Assembly: GCA_905178155.1 (NCBI GenBank) | Contig: CAJINV010000001.1 | Location: 12,635,136-12,699,135 of the forward strand | DNA: 64,000 nucleotides | DNA from: Amoebophrya sp. A120 | Lineage: Eukaryota > Protista > Dinoflagellata | Direction: 5' to 3' | Part shown: positions 12,380 to 24,937 of the stretch, piece by piece | Layout of the letters: every line of letters begins with the position of its first letter | Position numbering within the stretch: position 1 is the stretch's first letter | The notes under the pieces: generated by a model | What the model saw: the letters and a program-made list of their open reading frames with translations, nothing else | What the model was told of the DNA's origin: nothing | Databases searched by the model: none | Made by a program: the position numbers and the translations under genes

Positions 12380-13800
12380 TGAAATTTTCACTCTACTGTG
12401 TAAGATTAAGTACACTACGGCGTATACTTTCGGAATACGAAAATTACGTTGGTTACACTTGCTACCAAGCCCGCTTTGTGGAAATCAATGGCAGGTGGGG
12501 TAGTGCATCGGTCGCGTTTCTCATGGCAGATCATCGTAGTTCTTTTCAGTTTTGGAAAGGCAGTATCGATTTTGCAACCGGTACGGCTGGACAGGTGTCG
12601 AGGCGGGTTTTTGGAAGCCGCTTGACATCTCTCAATAAAAGATTGCCAAAACCTAAACGGATATTTCTTTTCGATTGTTGTATACGAGCTAATCATTTAT
12701 CTAATGAGCTATATCCACCTTATAACTTTACTGACATACTGGTACTGCAAGAACATCATGTATCAAAAATTATTTGCGGGCTATTCTCTGGATGGGACGT
12801 ACACGGGGCGGACTGCAATCCGCTGCAGCGCTGCTTTCAAGCACGATTTGCGAAAAGCTGGTGGGCTTGGTGTGCAGCGGCAGATAGGCCGACCCCATGA
12901 CAGCCGTTCAAACGAACCAATGTTAGGCGTGAAAATCAATTTGACACATCAGAGGAACAAGGATGCAGCTGAGTCCCCTAGTATTCACTATGCAGCTCGA
13001 CAAGATGAACAAACTTACGTGACAGTTACACTACTTCCTTGTTATCTGGCGACAATTCGACCTTGCACTGCTGGCCCGTGTGCTGCAGTGAAGGTCACTT
13101 TACTTCTTTTTTTGCTTCTACTTATGACAGTTCGTCAATGAAGTCACTAATGGAACTAGAAACAACCTCCTCCCTGGTTGCAGCTACCAGAACATTATCA
13201 TCAGACTTCGGTAGCCGCAGCCTCGATCAGCGGCTGATATAAGTATGTGTTTTCTTGCTACGTTCACGTATGATGCTCGAATTCGAAAGCAAATGAGATG
13301 GCGGTGTCTTTCACGGTACGAGTGAGACAAAGAAATGTGTGTCTGGACAGGAACTTAATCGTCGCATGGCTGCTATTAAACATCAAAGAGAACAACTGAC
13401 GGGTTTGCTATCCACACCGCGTGGCACCCGTGCTTTAAATTTAATACCTACCGGACTACTTTATTCAACCCAAGAAGAAAAGAATTTGAAACTAAATGGT
13501 CATGACCTTATACTAAGTGAATGAAAGAGTTGGTGGACATTAGAACAAGTGACAATGACTGGCTACCACGATATTAGTGATTTGGTTGTCTTCGACATTT
13601 AGTCAGAAAAACAAAGTATGGTGGATTTGCCCCGTTTTCCGCAGAGTCACTTCTCGATGTTCTACAGTTACCTACTGACTGGGCGAAAAAGACCATAGCC
13701 CTCCGACAGGGTGCGTATGAAATACTAGAGATGAACAAACACTAAGTACCTTTGGATACGTGAAAAGATCTCGAAAAGAACCGTAAGGCAATGGTGCGGT
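12380..13800 (+). pseudogene. Possible heavily decayed Ty1/copia-type pol (RT and RNase H) relic
   Basis: Frameshifted fragments in copia order: FDCCI..YNFTDILV (cf. DPCLY..YVDDILV), MLGVKI (cf. FLGIEI), ADISMC (cf. RPDIS), LPTDWAKKTIALRQG..KH plus TKYLWIREKI (cf. copia RNase H end). Judged by eye; many stops. Confidence 0.4.
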
Positions 13801-14345
13801 TTTGGTTGCGATCACTCCCGCCGCCACAGGAATTGCGTTGTGATTGATGAATACCTAAGTCGGAAGAGCTAAAGGCCCGTTGGAAAGCGAAAGAGCACAG
13901 GAACTGGATCCATTTTTTACTTTTTTCAACTTGAAGTGGTTATTTGCGTGCTAGACCTGTCTTTGCACCGAACTTTCTCTCGAATCGAAAACCAGGCTAG
14001 TTGCTTGATCCAATGATCAAGCTGAAATTTTCATAATCGTAACTAGTGTGACTCATGCCTTTGTCGTTACACGAGAGTCACATTTTTGTGCTGCTAGAGC
14101 GTTTTTTTTGTCGGCAGATTCTTTTGAAACTGCGCGGCCTTCGGTGAAATTTCGTTTCATATTTGTCCGATCCATCAATTTTTTGTTTTTGTAAATAGCC
14201 TCCATTTTACTTAGGTGAGTTTGTAAGATGATGTTGTTGATGTGGTAGTAGCGTTCGCTAGACTTATTTGTGGATATTTCTTTCGACAGCCGCTCTGTAC
14301 GCGTGTAAATAACTTTTTCTCTTGCGGAGAGAAGAGCAGCCAATC

Positions 14346-17300
14346 ATGATGTCTGCAGGGGCGACTAGAACTGCAACCAAGTTGCTTGTCTTTTTCCTGT
14401 GCGGCTGTGGCTCGCAAGTTGATCAGGTCAGCGGGAGAATGATTTTGGACGGTGCGTTGCAAGACGTGGACATGACCGGGACGACGAGCCAAGATCTGGT
14501 AGTAGCACCAGTCATCGATGGTGTTTATCACCGTGACTCGTCTCGAAGAGGTAGAGGTGTCCACCGAGCAGGCCGGCTCTCAGAATCTTCAGACGCGACA
14601 GCGCGTGGATTGGAGCAGGATGCTGGTGCGTCGGCTTTCGGCCGCGGCAGTACGGATGCTTGTGATCCTGCTCCTGCTGACGAAGAGAAAATGGTAGATC
14701 ATGATGTCGACCAGCCGCAAGACCGAAGGCGGCCGTTCGTACACTCCTCTTCCTCCCAGTATTTTCGCCGAGAGCGACTACCAAGTGAAGAGAAGTACTC
14801 CCAACAAGCACTTGATGACACTTGCAGCATCGCGGGCCAGTACAAACCGCTGGGCGGCACCACTTGTGAAGACCTGGCAACGACGAAGGTTCCAGACTTT
14901 CTCTTGTTGAGCGAACCACAACAAGCATCAAGTCCGTCGAGCGGTAGAAGCGCTAGCGAGACGGGTGAAGCGAGTGCACCCTGTTGCAGGAGGATGGTCA
15001 ACCCGCTACTTGGCTGCGTCGGACACCAGCTCAGTGATGTATCCGCCCGCGAAGAATGTATTCATTCGCTGGTCAAAACGCATCAAGTCCCGCCTCCCAA
15101 TTCTTACCGGCTCGTTGCGCTGGGGAATGCCCTGATCACCGACCTTGTCCCCTCCGTTCTTTATGGTGCCGCAGCAGCCGGAGCGGCTTCCTACGTCGCG
15201 GATCAAGCAATTACTCGCTTTGAAAAAGTCCAACCGTACTTAGCAAGCACGGTGGGGTTTCTGGCGACTCAAACTACTTCGGGGAGAAGTCTCAGACAGG
15301 TATGTACTGATTGAAGCATTGTATTGATGAAATCGATCCAGCAATAGAACCGACATCTATGTTTTTTTCGATGAGAACGCGTGCAAGTACTTCCAATGAC
15401 CCACACGGCGGCGCTCTTTGTTGATCTCACAGTAAAAATAATACACATTCTTCAGTTCGCAATGTTGGCCGGAGGAGCGGTCGCAACAGCTTTCGTGATC
15501 TCTCCTCTCTGTCGCGCGTGTGTTCCCGCTCTTGCGAAGTACTTCGGCGCGGCGGGCGCTGCAGAGGTTGGTAAATGGGTCATGGGGGGTGGAGCCCTTG
15601 CGACGGAGGCCTTTTCCCAGTTTTTCGGAAATGTTCAGGACGACATGACCGCCAAGAGAGCGGAAGCAACAACGAACGAGCTCTCCGAGGCGCTGGTCAA
15701 ATTTTTGAGGAGTTTGGAGCCCACGCTTCTGAAAGCCGCTGGCGTGGCGGCCGGCGCGAAGCATCTGTGGCGCAGCCCTGGCACCGCGTTCTCTCGGACT
15801 TGCGCCGCGTGGCACAACGTCGTAAGCCCGCCGGAAGTTCTCCGACAAACGTGGTCCGTGACAAGACAAAAAGAGCGGAGACATCGAGAATTATTGAAGA
15901 TGGGAAAGAATGATCCTCCCTCCAGTAGAACTACAACGCGTGGTGCGTCGTGCGCGTCTTCGGGGTCGTTCGCTGCTCGCATCGCGCGCGGTTGCGCCCG
16001 GCGTCGCCGCAGCAAGAAACAGGTGGACGCATCCGACGTTGCGGACGAGCTAATCGAACAGATGAGCAACATGACCGTTTCCGCCCCCACTGTCGTGCCA
16101 GGCACACAACAGCAACCTCCGGCGCCGCAAGAAGTCGCTGATGCAGCGGAAGAGTCTCTGGTGCCGATGAAAGAGCAGGCCCCTGCTTCGCGAAATGAAC
16201 CTGCCTTGGTGGAGGCAAAAACAGTGGAAAGCAGAGACATGGTTAACAGTGCAAGAGGTCGACTAGGCGGGAACGCGCAGAGACGCGGCCCCAGCCCTGA
16301 CTCCGGTTCCACTACGGCCGGGGACGAACTGTCGGATGGTGCATCGATTGGTACCTCGCCATCGCGCAGTGTCAGCCCGATGCCGCGACGTGCGGGGGAT
16401 GGAGAGGAGGCGCGGCAGCTGCATCTGCGGCCACTGTCGGGCGTACGCGAAGCTACAGGGAGGTCCTCTGGGTCGCCTCTCGGAGCGGGTGTCCTGACGC
16501 CAAACTTCGGCGCGATCGCCAGTGGGATGGAAAGCCCGGGGCAAAACGTTGGTTCGTCGCCGTTCTCTTTTGGAAGAGAACCAATCGACGTTCAAAGCCG
16601 TGTGCTGGAACAGGGGGGTGGTAGCATTCCTGCCGACGCAGAGGCAGACACGGAAATGCGCGATCGTGAAGTAGAAGACCCGCCGCGCGCCGACCCTGAT
16701 GAATCTCCGCTGCGCCAAATATTAGAACCCTCCAGCACAACTGGCACGGTTTCGGTGAACACGGAGGACGCGCCGATGGTTGGCCCAGAGGACCCCGCGG
16801 ATCTTGCTGATGGTGAAGACAACGCGTTGGATGGTGAAATCGAGCAGCGGGAGCAGCAGTCGCCGCAGTCGCACGCCGTCAGCGGGGACCTGCTTCGTCG
16901 GACACCTCCCAGCATGGATGACGATAATGCACCAGTTAGTCGCCCTCGCGCATGGAGGGAAGTAGATCACCAGGACGAAAGCGACAGCGAAGTAGAGGAT
17001 CATCCGGGGTCCTCGAATTCTGAAACAGAGGACGAGGAGATCGAAGAGGATTTTTCGGCCTCGTCAAACGGATCTCCTGCAACAGACGATGAAGACGAGG
17101 ACAACCACAACCACAACTTCAACCTTGCGTTTTTGCCCGAGGTGGAGCGGGCGGCACTGAAAATCGCGGGTTTCGTGTCGCTTTCAACGCCCGGCCGCGT
17201 GATCACGCGCGCGGCGCACTTGCGGGTCGCAGACGCGGTGCGCGTACTGCTCCGCCCCGAGGAACAATACCACCAACGACCCGGCAGCAGGAACGAGCCG

Positions 17301-17891
17301 ACCTGGCTGAAGCTCAACCAGCCGGTCACCGTTGCCCCGGAGCAGAACGGTTTATTTGGGCCGGGGACAGCACGTCGTGGGCGCGGCGCTGGTGAGGACA
17401 CGTCTGCTGATGGTGCAGTAGTATTTGGTTCGCGCACGACGGCACGAGCTCAGCCGCAAGTAGCATCCGGGGCGCCAATGAGAGGACTCTCATCTCCGCC
17501 TCTCTTTGCACCGCCGGCAGCCGCAGCAGAGTACGGGCCAGTGGTGCTGTACCCAGTCGTAGCCGATGTCGAGGAAGAGGATCCGACGACGGGAGAACGA
17601 ATGGTGCTACCGCGGCCGGTGGAGGCGGCCGAGGGCGGCTACATCTACACAGTGACCACCTACCAGAATCTGCAACTCCTTTTGTCTCAACGGTGTGACG
17701 CCGGCAGTAGCTGCTACAGCATGCAAACGCATTATCTGATGTACCTCCTGGCCTCCCACGCCCTCGCCAACGGCGGGCAGGAAGAACTGAGCGACTATCA
17801 CCTCCTGGTGCGGTGCAGGCTCATGCAGTTTTTTCAAGGCCAAGGAATGCTGCCGTGGCGCGCGTTTGGTGGTCCCGCTCCGCCAGGATAA
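14346..17891 (+). CDS. Hypothetical protein, 2 exons, with hydrophobic segments and acidic low-complexity regions
   Basis: ORFs 14322 and 15381 joined in phase by GT-AG intron 15300-15455; no recognisable domain. Confidence 0.65.
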
Positions 17892-19195
17892 ACGTGTAGG
17901 GACTACTAGGCACTACTGCTCTTCTGAGGCGTTACGTCGTCCACTGTTGATACATGTAAATGTTTAGGGAAGCGACCCTCTTATGATAGATCTTCACGAC
18001 GTAGGCCGAATACTAGCGATATCGCTTAGACTGAGATATGTCAAGAAAAGCAGCGCTGTGCCACGAAATGTTTTGAATGGCAGATACGATAAATTCGTAG
18101 ATGCAGACGCAGATTCATTCACTAGAAAACATTTTTAGCAGCTGCCGGAGTCGTTTCCGTTGCAGTAGAAACTTTTGACTTTCAGTTATCGACTTATCAC
18201 TTGCCGGAGACGCGAGGATGACGATGAACTACAACATTTTGATAATCTGGGTCGCAGAAAATGTCTACTAATACGAGAGAATGTCTAGCAAAATCTGTAT
18301 GATCTGTACCTGTACAATTTTTGATATAGGGGCGACGTCAATTGCGGTGTAGGTATACCGCGGAGCAATACAGATGATGAAGCTTTGCCCACAGACATCA
18401 ACATCTTTCTACTCACTGCCAAGGAGCTGCGTGTGCCCCTGGAGGTAGTGGTCATCCTGTTTTTAAGGCTATCGAAGATATTTGTTCGCTAAAGGCTACC
18501 AGTTGATAGTTGGTTATTGTTTTCTTCTTGCGTAAATGCAACTTTTTCACCAGTGTCTTCCCGTTTCTAATGTAGGTCAGAGGCGCATGCATGCACTTGC
18601 ATTCCCAGACCGTTTTAAGACTTTCGCGTGGTTGAGGCTCCATTTGTTTCTGTGAAAACGAAACTGTACGTACTACTTTCGTTGTCTGCCTTGGAAAACA
18701 TACAAAACCAATACAGTAAAATCACGTCTCTGCGAAAAATGCAAACTGATTTTTCCCTTTCCGCGACCTTGGCGAGGTTCAATAGGAATCTTCTGTGACT
18801 TACAGGGACATGCTTTGGCGCAATCCCGTCAGAGGCAAGATTCTTCACATCTAGTTCTCAAGCCGATAAGATGTTCATATCTCAACAGGAAGGGTTTCTT
18901 TATTCGGCACAAGAAATGCGATACTCCGAAAAGAATCGCGGCGTTGGCTTTTCCTTTACGAATCCATTTCGATAATTTCCCTAGCACACAGGACGAAGGC
19001 TACACCCAGATATGCATGACCGTCTCGTTTTTCCTTTTTCCCAGGTAGGTATAGAAAGTTGAGCGAGCTGCACAACGCCTTCCTAGCCCATTTAAGTTCC
19101 AGGCTGCGTCGTCGGAGTAAGCACAAGTAGTAGAAATAAGACCCACGTTCACGTTGCGCTGTATTCTGACAAGAACCTCCCTACATCTAAGAAAT

Positions 19196-20761
19196 ATGTT
19201 TGGAAGTAATCCCAGCGGTATTCTACAACCAGGCAGGACCGCGAGCTCTTCTTCCAGCGCGAATAACGCGACCCGATCCGGGTTGTTTGCCTACCAAGAT
19301 TCTTTACAGCAAGGAAACATCAATGTGCAGCCACCGGTAGCGAATCGAAGAGTCCTGTCGCCGAGCAAGGTAGACGAGGCCCGGCCGCCGGGCACGAAAG
19401 TGGCCCAGACGTTCGCCACGCGGTTGTTTGACAACATTCAGCGCGAGAATGTGAAGTGGGACAATGACAAAATGTGGCGGCAATACCAGGGCAAGAAGGA
19501 GATGGAGGAAAGACGGAAGCACGGGCGGAGTAATTCTTCCTCGGATGAGGAACGCAATCCGCATGAACGGGACCGTCAGAAGCAAATCGCCAGCAAACTC
19601 GGGTTGACAGCACTTTTGGGTGGGAGTCCGGAACAAGGGGAGTCGGCAGTGAATAATCTTCATCTTCCGGGTAGTAGTTCTAATCCCCACGTCGACCAGG
19701 CGGTGAAAAGTAGTAGTAGCAGGCAAAATAAGTCCGCGCAGCTCGGCCCCCCGCCTTCACTGCGGGGCGCGACACCGAAAAGTGGAGGCGGAAGTAGTAA
19801 AGCCGCTGGCGCACCATTTTCGAACACGGGCAACAAGCACCAAAATGGAACAGGGCATAAAGATGTGGTAAGCAAGAAACGACGGAAATCGCAGAAGAAA
19901 GCGTCGGACCGCGAGTCCTCGTCGGACAACGGCACTGCCTCGGACGGGAGAGCGAAAAAACGCCGACGGAAAGAAGGGCACAATAACAACGAGAACGGAA
20001 AAATAAAGGCCGTCGGAATTATTCAGCCAGGAACAAGCAGCGGAACAAGGACAACAAGGGTAATAGAGCCAGCACAAGAACATCAAATCCGCCTGCGCGG
20101 CCGGGGCCACGCTGCTGTCCGGCTGAAAAGACGAAGTATATCGCATTCCGATGACTTCCAGAAGGTGGAGCAAAACGACGAGAATGCACTGCCTCCTAGC
20201 ATTGTGCCGCCAGTAGAGCGCACTGGGGCCTCGTGGAAGAAAGCAAAAAAGCGACATGTTGCTGAGGAGCGCGAAGATGAGGTTCCAGCAGACAATTTCT
20301 CTTCGGAGGAGGAGCCGCAGCGCGGACGAAAGCTCGAGAAGGAGGTAAAGAAGAGCGGAGTAAATCGCGGGAAGATGAAAAAACGGCGGTCGTCAAAAAA
20401 AGACAAGAAGTCAAGATCGCCAGTCCACGTCAAGAAAAGGAGGCGAGAGCAGATGGAAGAAATCCAATCCTCCTCCTCGTCCAGCAGGAGCAGCGACGGA
20501 AATCATCGCGGTCGCGATGTTGCGCACAACCACCAGTCCAGAAAAAGCAAGAAATCGCCGAAGAAGAAAGGCCGGAAAAAGTCCTCCTCGCCCAAGAAAA
20601 AGAAGACCTCCCGCCGAAGAGACCGAGACGCATCTTCATCTTCGGCGGGTTCAGAGCAGCAGCAACAGCAGCAGCCTCTCCCTCAGCATCATCACTATGC
20701 GACAGCGGTACTTCCGCTGCGGTATGTGGCTCCACCTATGCCTCCTACGAATTTCCAGTGA
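19196..20761 (+). CDS. Hypothetical Lys/Arg/Ser-rich low-complexity protein, probably nuclear
   Basis: Single ORF of >500 aa with many basic clusters; upstream exons not excluded. Confidence 0.65.
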   Translation: MFGSNPSGILQPGRTASSSSSANNATRSGLFAYQDSLQQGNINVQPPVANRRVLSPSKVDEARPPGTKVAQTFATRLFDNIQRENVKWDNDKMWRQYQGKKEMEERRKHGRSNSSSDEERNPHERDRQKQIASKLGLTALLGGSPEQGESAVNNLHLPGSSSNPHVDQAVKSSSSRQNKSAQLGPPPSLRGATPKSGGGSSKAAGAPFSNTGNKHQNGTGHKDVVSKKRRKSQKKASDRESSSDNGTASDGRAKKRRRKEGHNNNENGKIKAVGIIQPGTSSGTRTTRVIEPAQEHQIRLRGRGHAAVRLKRRSISHSDDFQKVEQNDENALPPSIVPPVERTGASWKKAKKRHVAEEREDEVPADNFSSEEEPQRGRKLEKEVKKSGVNRGKMKKRRSSKKDKKSRSPVHVKKRRREQMEEIQSSSSSSRSSDGNHRGRDVAHNHQSRKSKKSPKKKGRKKSSSPKKKKTSRRRDRDASSSSAGSEQQQQQQPLPQHHHYATAVLPLRYVAPPMPPTNFQ

Positions 20762-21426
20762 GAATATACTGAAAAGAAGCATACAACTTTTTAGCATCCT
20801 ACATTTTGCAGCCTGAAATGTCGTGTGTTGTGTGCATTTCAGTTTGGCCAGAGAAATGTTTAGAATTACAGATTGGGCGATATTGTAGCGATTTTGAGAA
20901 AGGAATGAGTGTTCTTCAGCCGGATTTTACGGCACTGGAGCAGACGTAGCTTGTGTGTCGGTAGTATTGCCCTTTGCTCAACATGCTAAATTTGTGTGGA
21001 CGCAACACAACGCGAAAAAGAACCAAGATCTCCGTACGCTTTTCATCCCCGAGTCGGTCTTCAACTTCATAGCTCATTTTTGATCGCCCCAAGAAATCTC
21101 GATCCAAATTTTGAAAGCGGTGATCTGTATTTCGCTATGTTCAGAGAGTACCAGCGGCATGAAATAGGATCTGTCGAGAACAAAAAGAGGAAGGAAATGC
21201 ACAGATCCTCCTTTTCGCAGGTCTTCATTTTGGAAAAGCAAAACTGAATTCGGAAAGTAATCTGTGCTTTTATGCTGTAGGCTGTACTAATGAATACACT
21301 TCTTGTTTGCTTTATTGCAGTGACGAAAAGGAAAACTTCGTTGCAAATACTTAGCGAGCATTTCGCCTCTTAGAAGAAAGCTTCTAGAAATTCTTTCAAC
21401 ATTTCGACGAAACAAAAATCGTGAAA

Positions 21427-24232
21427 ATGGCTGGTTTTCGCAAGAAGAATCAGAACAAGAAGAACGCCAAGGGTCTGAAGACCGCCGGCGAAGGTCCTCA
21501 GCACCAAAGCGAGCAGAAACCTGCTGATTCTGCGGGCCAGAAAAGCGCCGGTTACGAGTTGAAAAACCCACTGAAGGGGTACAACAAAGTGGTCGAACAG
21601 CAGAACAAACCCTTCGAAGCCTACTACCGCGCGCAGAACATTTGCGAGAATGAGGAAGAATTCCAGGTCTTCATGCAGCACTGCCGGAAAGGTCTTCCGA
21701 GCGGCATGCGTGTCAACGGAACTCTGGGGAAGCATGGAAGAAATTTGTGGAACCAGTTTCAGTCTTTGCTGGAGCTTCCGGAAAACAAGGAGTTGACACC
21801 AGCATACAGTGAGGTTGTTGCAAAAATGAAGGAGGAAAATTATAACGGGAACGAGCAAACAGCGGCCACCGCGGAATCGTGGATGCTCCGCCCGAAGCCA
21901 CTGGCCTGGTACCCCCGGGAACTGGCGTACCAGTTTGACTTTTTGGATGCCAGGCAGATCAAGAAGGACAAGAAATTCAAGCAGTTGAAGGAGTTTTTGA
22001 TGAACCGCGAGCAGTACGGTGCGCTGCAACGACAGGAGACCGTTTCCATGATTCCGCCGCATCTGTTGCGGATCCAGCCGGACGACCTCGTGTTGGACAT
22101 GTGTGCGGCGCCGGGCAGCAAGACCTGTCAAATGCTCGAGCAAATGCACTGGGAGGCTTGCGAGAATGGTATTGTATGTGTGTTGCGATAATTAATGAAT
22201 GCGAGTAGTATAATAATTCCGAATCCACCGATGGTAGATGATGTGGCAACTTTCATTTGATCTTCTTCTTTCCGATAAAATCAAGCGCCCGATATCAAGT
22301 TTTCGAAAGCCACTACGTCTTTCTACTCGACATCATAAAAACACCACCACAGCCCGTGGCCCCGGCGAATTTTCAATCGGGAAAGGCGGCGTTCTGGCGA
22401 ACGATGTGGAGTGGAAGCGCGCCAACATGCTGACCCACCAGGTGCAGCGGATCGGCTCGTCGGGTGTTGCGGTGTTGAATACGGACGCGCAGTTCTTCCC
22501 CAAGATGAAGCAAGCCGATGGCACGGTCATCCAGTTCGACAAGGTGCTCTGCGACGTGCCGTGCAGCGGAGACGGCACCATCCGGAAGACGCCGAACATT
22601 TGGCGCACCTGGACGCTGTCCGACGGTCTGGGGTTGCACTTTCGCCAGCTCGCGATTCTGTGGCGCGGCCTAGACGTGTTGAAAGTTGGGGGGCGGCTGG
22701 TTTACTCCACGTGCTCCTTGAACCCGATGGAAAACGAGTCTGTCATCAACGCGTGCCTGGAAAAATGCAACGGATCTGTGAAACTCGTGGAAGACAGCGA
22801 CTTGCTGGAGTCCAGTGGGAAGCTAGTCGCCAAGAAGGGGTTGACGACCTGGAAGGTGCCGCATCCGAAGCTTGCAACTACTAAAAAGAAGAACGACAAG
22901 GAAGGTACTAGCACTTCTGCAGATCAGGCTGCGACTACAACAGAGAAACCAAATGAAGCGGCTGATGCGGGTGGTGCAAAAGTAGAAGCCGAATCACCCG
23001 AAGCAGAAAACTTGGTTTCCTTCTTCGACAGTTACGGGGACGTGCCGACGATCTATAAGGAGAGCAACAAGATTCGGAAAACAATGTTTCCGCCGGAGAA
23101 GGGGAATAAGGAGTTGGAAAAAACCAGGCGTTTTTTGCCGCATTTGATGAACACCGGTGGGTTTTTTGTCGCGATTCTGGAGAAGACCGCGGAGTTGCCG
23201 AGACAGTTGGAACGGGTGAAGAAGCAGGAGTTGTGGCACGAAATGCAAAAAGAGAAACAAGCAGGAGCTGCGAGTGACAATGGCACCCCAGTTGCAGCAG
23301 CAGCAGCAGCAGTCGAGAAGAACAAAACTGAAGATGCGACATCGAAAACTGTCGACACGACAACTTCGCCATTAGCGACCCCCGAGACCACGAAGACCAG
23401 TAGCGACGCCGAGCCGCCGACGAAACGCGCGCGAACGGAATCGGAACAAGCGAAGCAGGAGGTGGAAACAAATACAAAGTCGCAAAATCATGACTCTGCA
23501 GCTACGGCTGAATCAGAAAATAAAGCGCCACCCGCACAGAAACAAGAGAACCCAGAGGACCACTTTTACCCGATCGACGACGAAGACTGGGCGTCGATTT
23601 GCAACTACTACGGATTCCCGGACGCCGCGCGAAGCCACTTCTACAAGCGTCCGCAGGTTCACGGCGACCACAAAATTTACGGCATTTCCGAGAAGCTCCG
23701 CGACGTGGTGAAGTGCTGCCAAAACACGGGTAGTACGAAGGTGGTTTCCTGCGGTGTGCGCTGCTTTCAGATGCTCAACAGCTTCGGGGGGAGCTGCACC
23801 TGGCGAATTACGCAGCAGGGATTGCTGTTTCTGCTCAAACTCGGATTGCATGCACAACGAATCCTCGAGGTAGAGCCCGCAATCATCGACGAAATCCTGG
23901 AAAAGCGCGAAATTCCGACCTCGACGGTTTTGGAGCGGAAGGAAGAGTTTTTCCAACAACCGGTTTTGACCGAAACGGAAAAGTTCGTGCGGGCCGAAGC
24001 GTTGTTGAAGTCGGAAAAGGAGGAAGCGGAGGATGGTGCGGGTGTAGAGAAGAAGAAGATTCCGGTCGTCGGACAAGGAAGTTACGTACTGCACTGCGCG
24101 AAGTACGAGCTGCACATTTGCGTTTTGGTGTCGCGAAACTTTTTCACTCTGTACGTGGACAAGCAAGAGGCTAAGGCCCTGGCGGCTTGCCTGAAGGTCG
24201 GACCGGATCTCAAGGTCGAGATGGGACTGTAA
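21427..24232 (+). CDS. NSUN2: tRNA (cytosine-5)-methyltransferase, NSUN2/Trm4 family
   Basis: Motifs RQETVSMIPP, VLDMCAAPGSKT, LAND, FDKVLCDVPCSGDGT, VYSTCSLNPMENE, NTGGFFVA; in-phase GT-AG intron 22169-22352. Confidence 0.93.
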
Positions 24233-24937
24233 GTCCCGGTCAAAACGGGGGATCATGTTTTCCTTTTTGACTGAATTGAATGGCAACTCACGATACGTCA
24301 GATCTTACTCGCAACGCAAAGCTCAATATCGCTCGACTTATTTCGATGAAAAGTGAATGTTTTGACCGTGCTGGTGACAGTGGCTGAGCCTGAGAGATCG
24401 AGCATCCTGTGTTCCAAAAGTGCAGTACTGAAAAGGAAAAGATTTTTGGAAGTAGTGCAGAAGTCGGTGAGGACAATCGGTTAAAGTTTCATTTCTGGGC
24501 CACTTAGAAGTATTGTATGTAACCGGGATAAACACAATTCTTGACAGGAGAATGCGAATGGCACGAAGTCCTTCACGTCTGATCCACAATTTTACCACCA
24601 GGAATACAGGAACTCAATCGCGGGTCGCCCCCACGATTTTTTCGCTTCGTTCCCTCTAGGAATTTCAAGTTTGAAGTCGATACTTCACCTTACTTACGCA
24701 GACATCGCCTTTCGTTTCGAGTTCGACGTCGACTCCCTCTTTCTGTATGTTTCGCTCCATTTGATTTTTACATCTCGATCGGCATCGGTTTCTTCTGCGA
24801 AAATGTCGGTAGTTACAATGGAATTCGAGTATGTATCCGATGCCTCTTTGATCAACGATCATTGATTTTGGCAACTTGCAGCTCGGACCCCTCCTACCTC
24901 TTCAGAATTGAATAAGATAGCGGTACTAGATTCCAAA

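Noticed and set aside
17900-19100. Short coding-like patches in the gap before the Lys/Ser-rich gene
   Set aside because: Could not build a consistent exon chain or recognise a product.
23513-24286. Long minus-strand ORFs (this one and those opposite other GC-rich genes)
   Set aside because: Antisense shadows of + strand coding sequence with no recognisable motifs.
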